Assembly: GCA_002189035.1 (NCBI GenBank)
Contig: NEEC01000020.1
Location: 248,001 to 312,000 of the forward strand
Source of the DNA: Utricularia gibba
Lineage: Eukaryota; Plantae; Magnoliophyta
Direction: 5' to 3'
Length of the DNA stretch: 64,000 nt
Shown: positions 61,088 through 64,000 of the stretch, piece after piece
How the letters are laid out: each line of letters starts with the position of its first letter
Numbering within the stretch: position 1 is the stretch's first letter
Made by a program: the position numbers and the translations under genes
Notes under the pieces: model-generated
Database searches by the model: none
The model's input: the letters and a program-made list of their open reading frames with translations, nothing else
What the model was told of the DNA's origin: nothing

Positions 61088-63786
61088 TTAGAGTGAAAAA
61101 CTTCCAGAGTCTTGACATTCAGAGAGCCATAGATCAATGTGTTTTATGATGTCTTGCCTCACCTTGTCCACTGCATCAGGGGAGCTGCAGTTCCGGGAGT
61201 CACCTGCAACACAAGTGCAAATCCATGCAGTTTTTTTAAAAAAGGAAAAGTATGCCTACTGTATGAACCAAACATGAGTGGTGTGAAAAGAAGACTGATG
61301 GGCTGGACAAGAAGAGTGGATCATACCTTCTGGGACGAGAGGTGATTGAGGGCAGCCACGCAGGTCACTTCCATGTCCACAGTTGTGGCACTTGATGATG
61401 TATGAAGGCACTGAATTTGGAAAACAAGCACCACATTTTAAGAGCACGATAGGTTTCTTCACATTAGAGAGAAGGCAGGCTTCTGTTTCTGCTTACTATC
61501 AGGTGAAGAAGTCGTCTTCGAAGCATGTTGCCAAGGGTCTTGTGATCCATTTGTGAACACTATTTTGGAACCTGATGGACGAGAATAACTTGGAAAGGCT
61601 TGTGAAAGGGAAAATTGAAGCTTCAGATGCAAGTTCTTACCTGCGATCCTTGTGCCTCCATAGTACAGATTCGTCGCATCGACCTCAGGGTACACTCCTT
61701 CTCCAAAAACATTTTTGCAGAGATCCAAGTGATATCTGCTTATCAATCGTAATGTCAGTGAAAACGCGATCAAATGACAGCAAAAATGGGATGATGTGGT
61801 AACTGTCAGCTTGCCTAGTATCAACTTTGGAAGACCGGATGCTATCGTTTGAAGGCGCAACTTGAAAATATGCAACTTCAGTACATACTTGGAACCACCA
61901 CAGGCGATCAGAATCTCCTTTGCTTACTTCAGTTCTTTTCAAATGCCGCTGATCATATGTATCAACACCAACACCAAAGCTCTTCACAAAAAACTCCTTC
62001 ACAAAGGTGGCATATGCTTCCTGCGTTTCAACATAGAGAAGAAGAGGAGAGAAAATGGGAAAACAGAAATGAGCAACATATGGTGAATCTCTATGCTTAG
62101 CATTGGAATGAGACAATAATTTTTCAAAAATGCTTACCACCAGATCATCCCCAGCTTTCTTAGCTTCGACCAGAGGGACGCACAATGCATCTGGATTACC
62201 ATATTGAATCTGGAGATTGGCAAATTTGTAGAAATTTAAACGATCTGAAACACATTGTAGAAATTTAAAGAAAGTAGCATTGATACGTACTGCTGTAACA
62301 GCAGCATCCGCCAGAAAATACAAGAAATCCCCATCGATTTCTAGCTGTAACAGAGGAAATATAATTTAGAGTGTAGACCAAATTTCGAATATGCTACAAA
62401 GGCATCAAGCAAAAGCTCAACACTTCTGAACTAACCATGTTCCATAAGACAAGAACAGGGAAGCATGTAATGATCAAGAAGCAAATCAACCCATTGAGTT
62501 TTGCCCATGGGCCAAAGCAAGGAAATAGAAGAAAGGGGCACTAAACCTTAGATGCACCAAATAATGCTTTTATCGTCCTTGCATTCGACACTAGCCTCTG
62601 ATCAACAAGTTGGGTTATTTCTTGTAACACGGATTTACATTCAGGGCCTGCAGATTCGCCTATCTGAATGCCTCAATGAACACAATCAGGGACCAAACAA
62701 AATGAGAAAACTAAGGCTTGTAAAGAAGATGATAACCAAATCCTTTCACCTGCTTGTCAAATTCAGTGAAATTGTAAACTGAAAGAACAACGGCAGAGCT
62801 GGCAAGGCTTCCACATGTCAAATGTGGAAACTTGAGTCTGAACCACGCACTAAGAGCTCCCGCATAGGAAACACCTACCACAAACCATGAGTTATCAGCA
62901 TTTGACCTATTGAGCCTCTCATTAAGAGATCCCTGCAGTGATACAAAAAAAAAGTGTCAAAAAAAGAGAAAACAAGGATGAGTTATCAGCACCCTTGGGA
63001 GTCTACCTTATAACGCATAAAACAGCAGAATAAATGTTACTTATTATTCAACAAGCACACCAACTCGTGCATCCCACAATCCGATGAAGGGAAACGGTTA
63101 AGCTACCACTTGCCTGATAATAGTTTCTGAAGGCAGCTAAATCGAATAGGGCCTGCTTTGACGAAAGGTACCTAAGATTCTCTGTCGTCAATGATCTAAA
63201 AGGCACACTTTTCCCGTAATAACGATGCTCGAGAGAAACCACAGCTGCTCCAAACTTCTTGGCCAAAACCTACAAATATTTCAAGACTCAAACGTTAGAT
63301 CACAATCCAAGGGCATGGTCTTTGTCCCAAATCCTTTTACCAGTCTTTACAACTCATATGAGAGAACGAAATCTTGGAACAAGCTTACCTTCAGATAATC
63401 ATTGGAAATTCCACCACAGGTAGACTCCCCACATATTTTCAGAAAAATGGGACCGTTAGGGAGACGAAAGTCATCAAGATACTCATAGTACCGCTGCGCA
63501 AACTGACGATGATCCTGCAGTTGTAAATGAAATGAAACAATCTCCTCAAATCCCCCGCTCCACTACCGGACAAAGGAAACTACAAAAGCAACAAACTTAC
63601 ATATGGCGAAAAGTGGTCAAGAGTTTGATTGAACCAGTGCTCTTCCGTTGTCAAATAATTCGCAGCTCCGGACACCTCCTGCCGCCGCAGAAGCCGTGGA
63701 GTTAACGAGGACGCAAAATTCACCCTTACAATCAACAGCAGCAAGCAAATAAACACCCAACGGTTTCCATCTCCGGCGAACATCAT
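61088..63786 (-). CDS. Serine carboxypeptidase S28 family (prolylcarboxypeptidase-like, EDA2/At4g36190-like), secreted
   Basis: Signal peptide, WFNQTLDHFSPY, GPIFLKICGE, LEHRYYGKS..LSSKQALFDLA, nucleophile GVSYAG, RLWWFQVCTEVAYFQ, FTNGSQDPW, CGHGSDL; last exon ends ECQDSGSFSL* (61090-61088). Confidence 0.95.
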
Positions 63787-64000
63787 CCTCCTCCTCCTCC
63801 ACGGTAAAAATAACTAAACGACAAAATCACCGCGGCTTCTTCCGCACTCCAATAAAGCGTCCGCGTCCGCGTCCGACTCCGAGTCCAAGCCACCGCGTCA
63901 TTGTTCGATTTTTTTTTACAAGTTTATTTATTTAATTCAGATATTTGACCTTTTTTTAATTGCAATAATCATTATTATTATATTTTATTAATAAAAAAAA

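Noticed and set aside
62887-62991. 14-bp direct repeat ATGAGTTATCAGCA, one copy in an S28 exon and one in the adjacent intron
   Set aside because: Short, creates no evident splice signal, and has no clear consequence.
1-64000. CRISPR arrays, rRNA genes, intact transposase or retrotransposon ORFs, organellar insertions
   Set aside because: None detectable by eye; the only rRNA-related sequence is the two short antisense guides in the snoRNA cluster.

Overview
Eukaryotic (flowering-plant, eudicot-like) nuclear DNA from an unusually compact genome: about 25 protein-coding genes in 64 kb, mostly 65-180 nt GT-AG introns, very AT-rich spacers, GC-rich first or single exons, and no intact transposon. 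Gene order: At3g27390-like membrane protein (partial), TBC/RabGAP, ARP6, unknown protein, PLS-E PPR, CRS1, RPL21, F-box/kelch, lipoate-ligase-like, STP7, SRP receptor alpha, a box C/D snoRNA cluster, NKS1/DUF1068, TIL, NEMP/PNET2-like, HAT22/HAT9-like HD-Zip II, acidic membrane-anchored protein, WAV3-like RING-vWA, GRDP, a small YDxxxYxxNFDDG protein, CML, NOI/RIN4-like, ABR1-like ERF, a small membrane protein, Tm-1-like and an S28 peptidase. Main signals: (1) a snoRNA cluster at about 29.0-29.2 kb, containing a U36a/snR47-type guide and a second C/D RNA with 15-nt complementarity to 18S rRNA at a site I cannot match to a known plant 2'-O-methylation; (2) four genes broken by single-base losses that always fall in G/C homopolymer runs (five clear frameshifts plus one possible), most likely a long-read consensus artefact; (3) an ABR1 N-terminal motif with no AUG; (4) a divergent HD-Zip II with WYQ in the recognition helix; (5) a duplicated splice acceptor in the PNET2-like gene. 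I see no convincing new multi-gene system. Homology calls come from remembered family motifs, not database searches; internal exon boundaries were checked only where stated.
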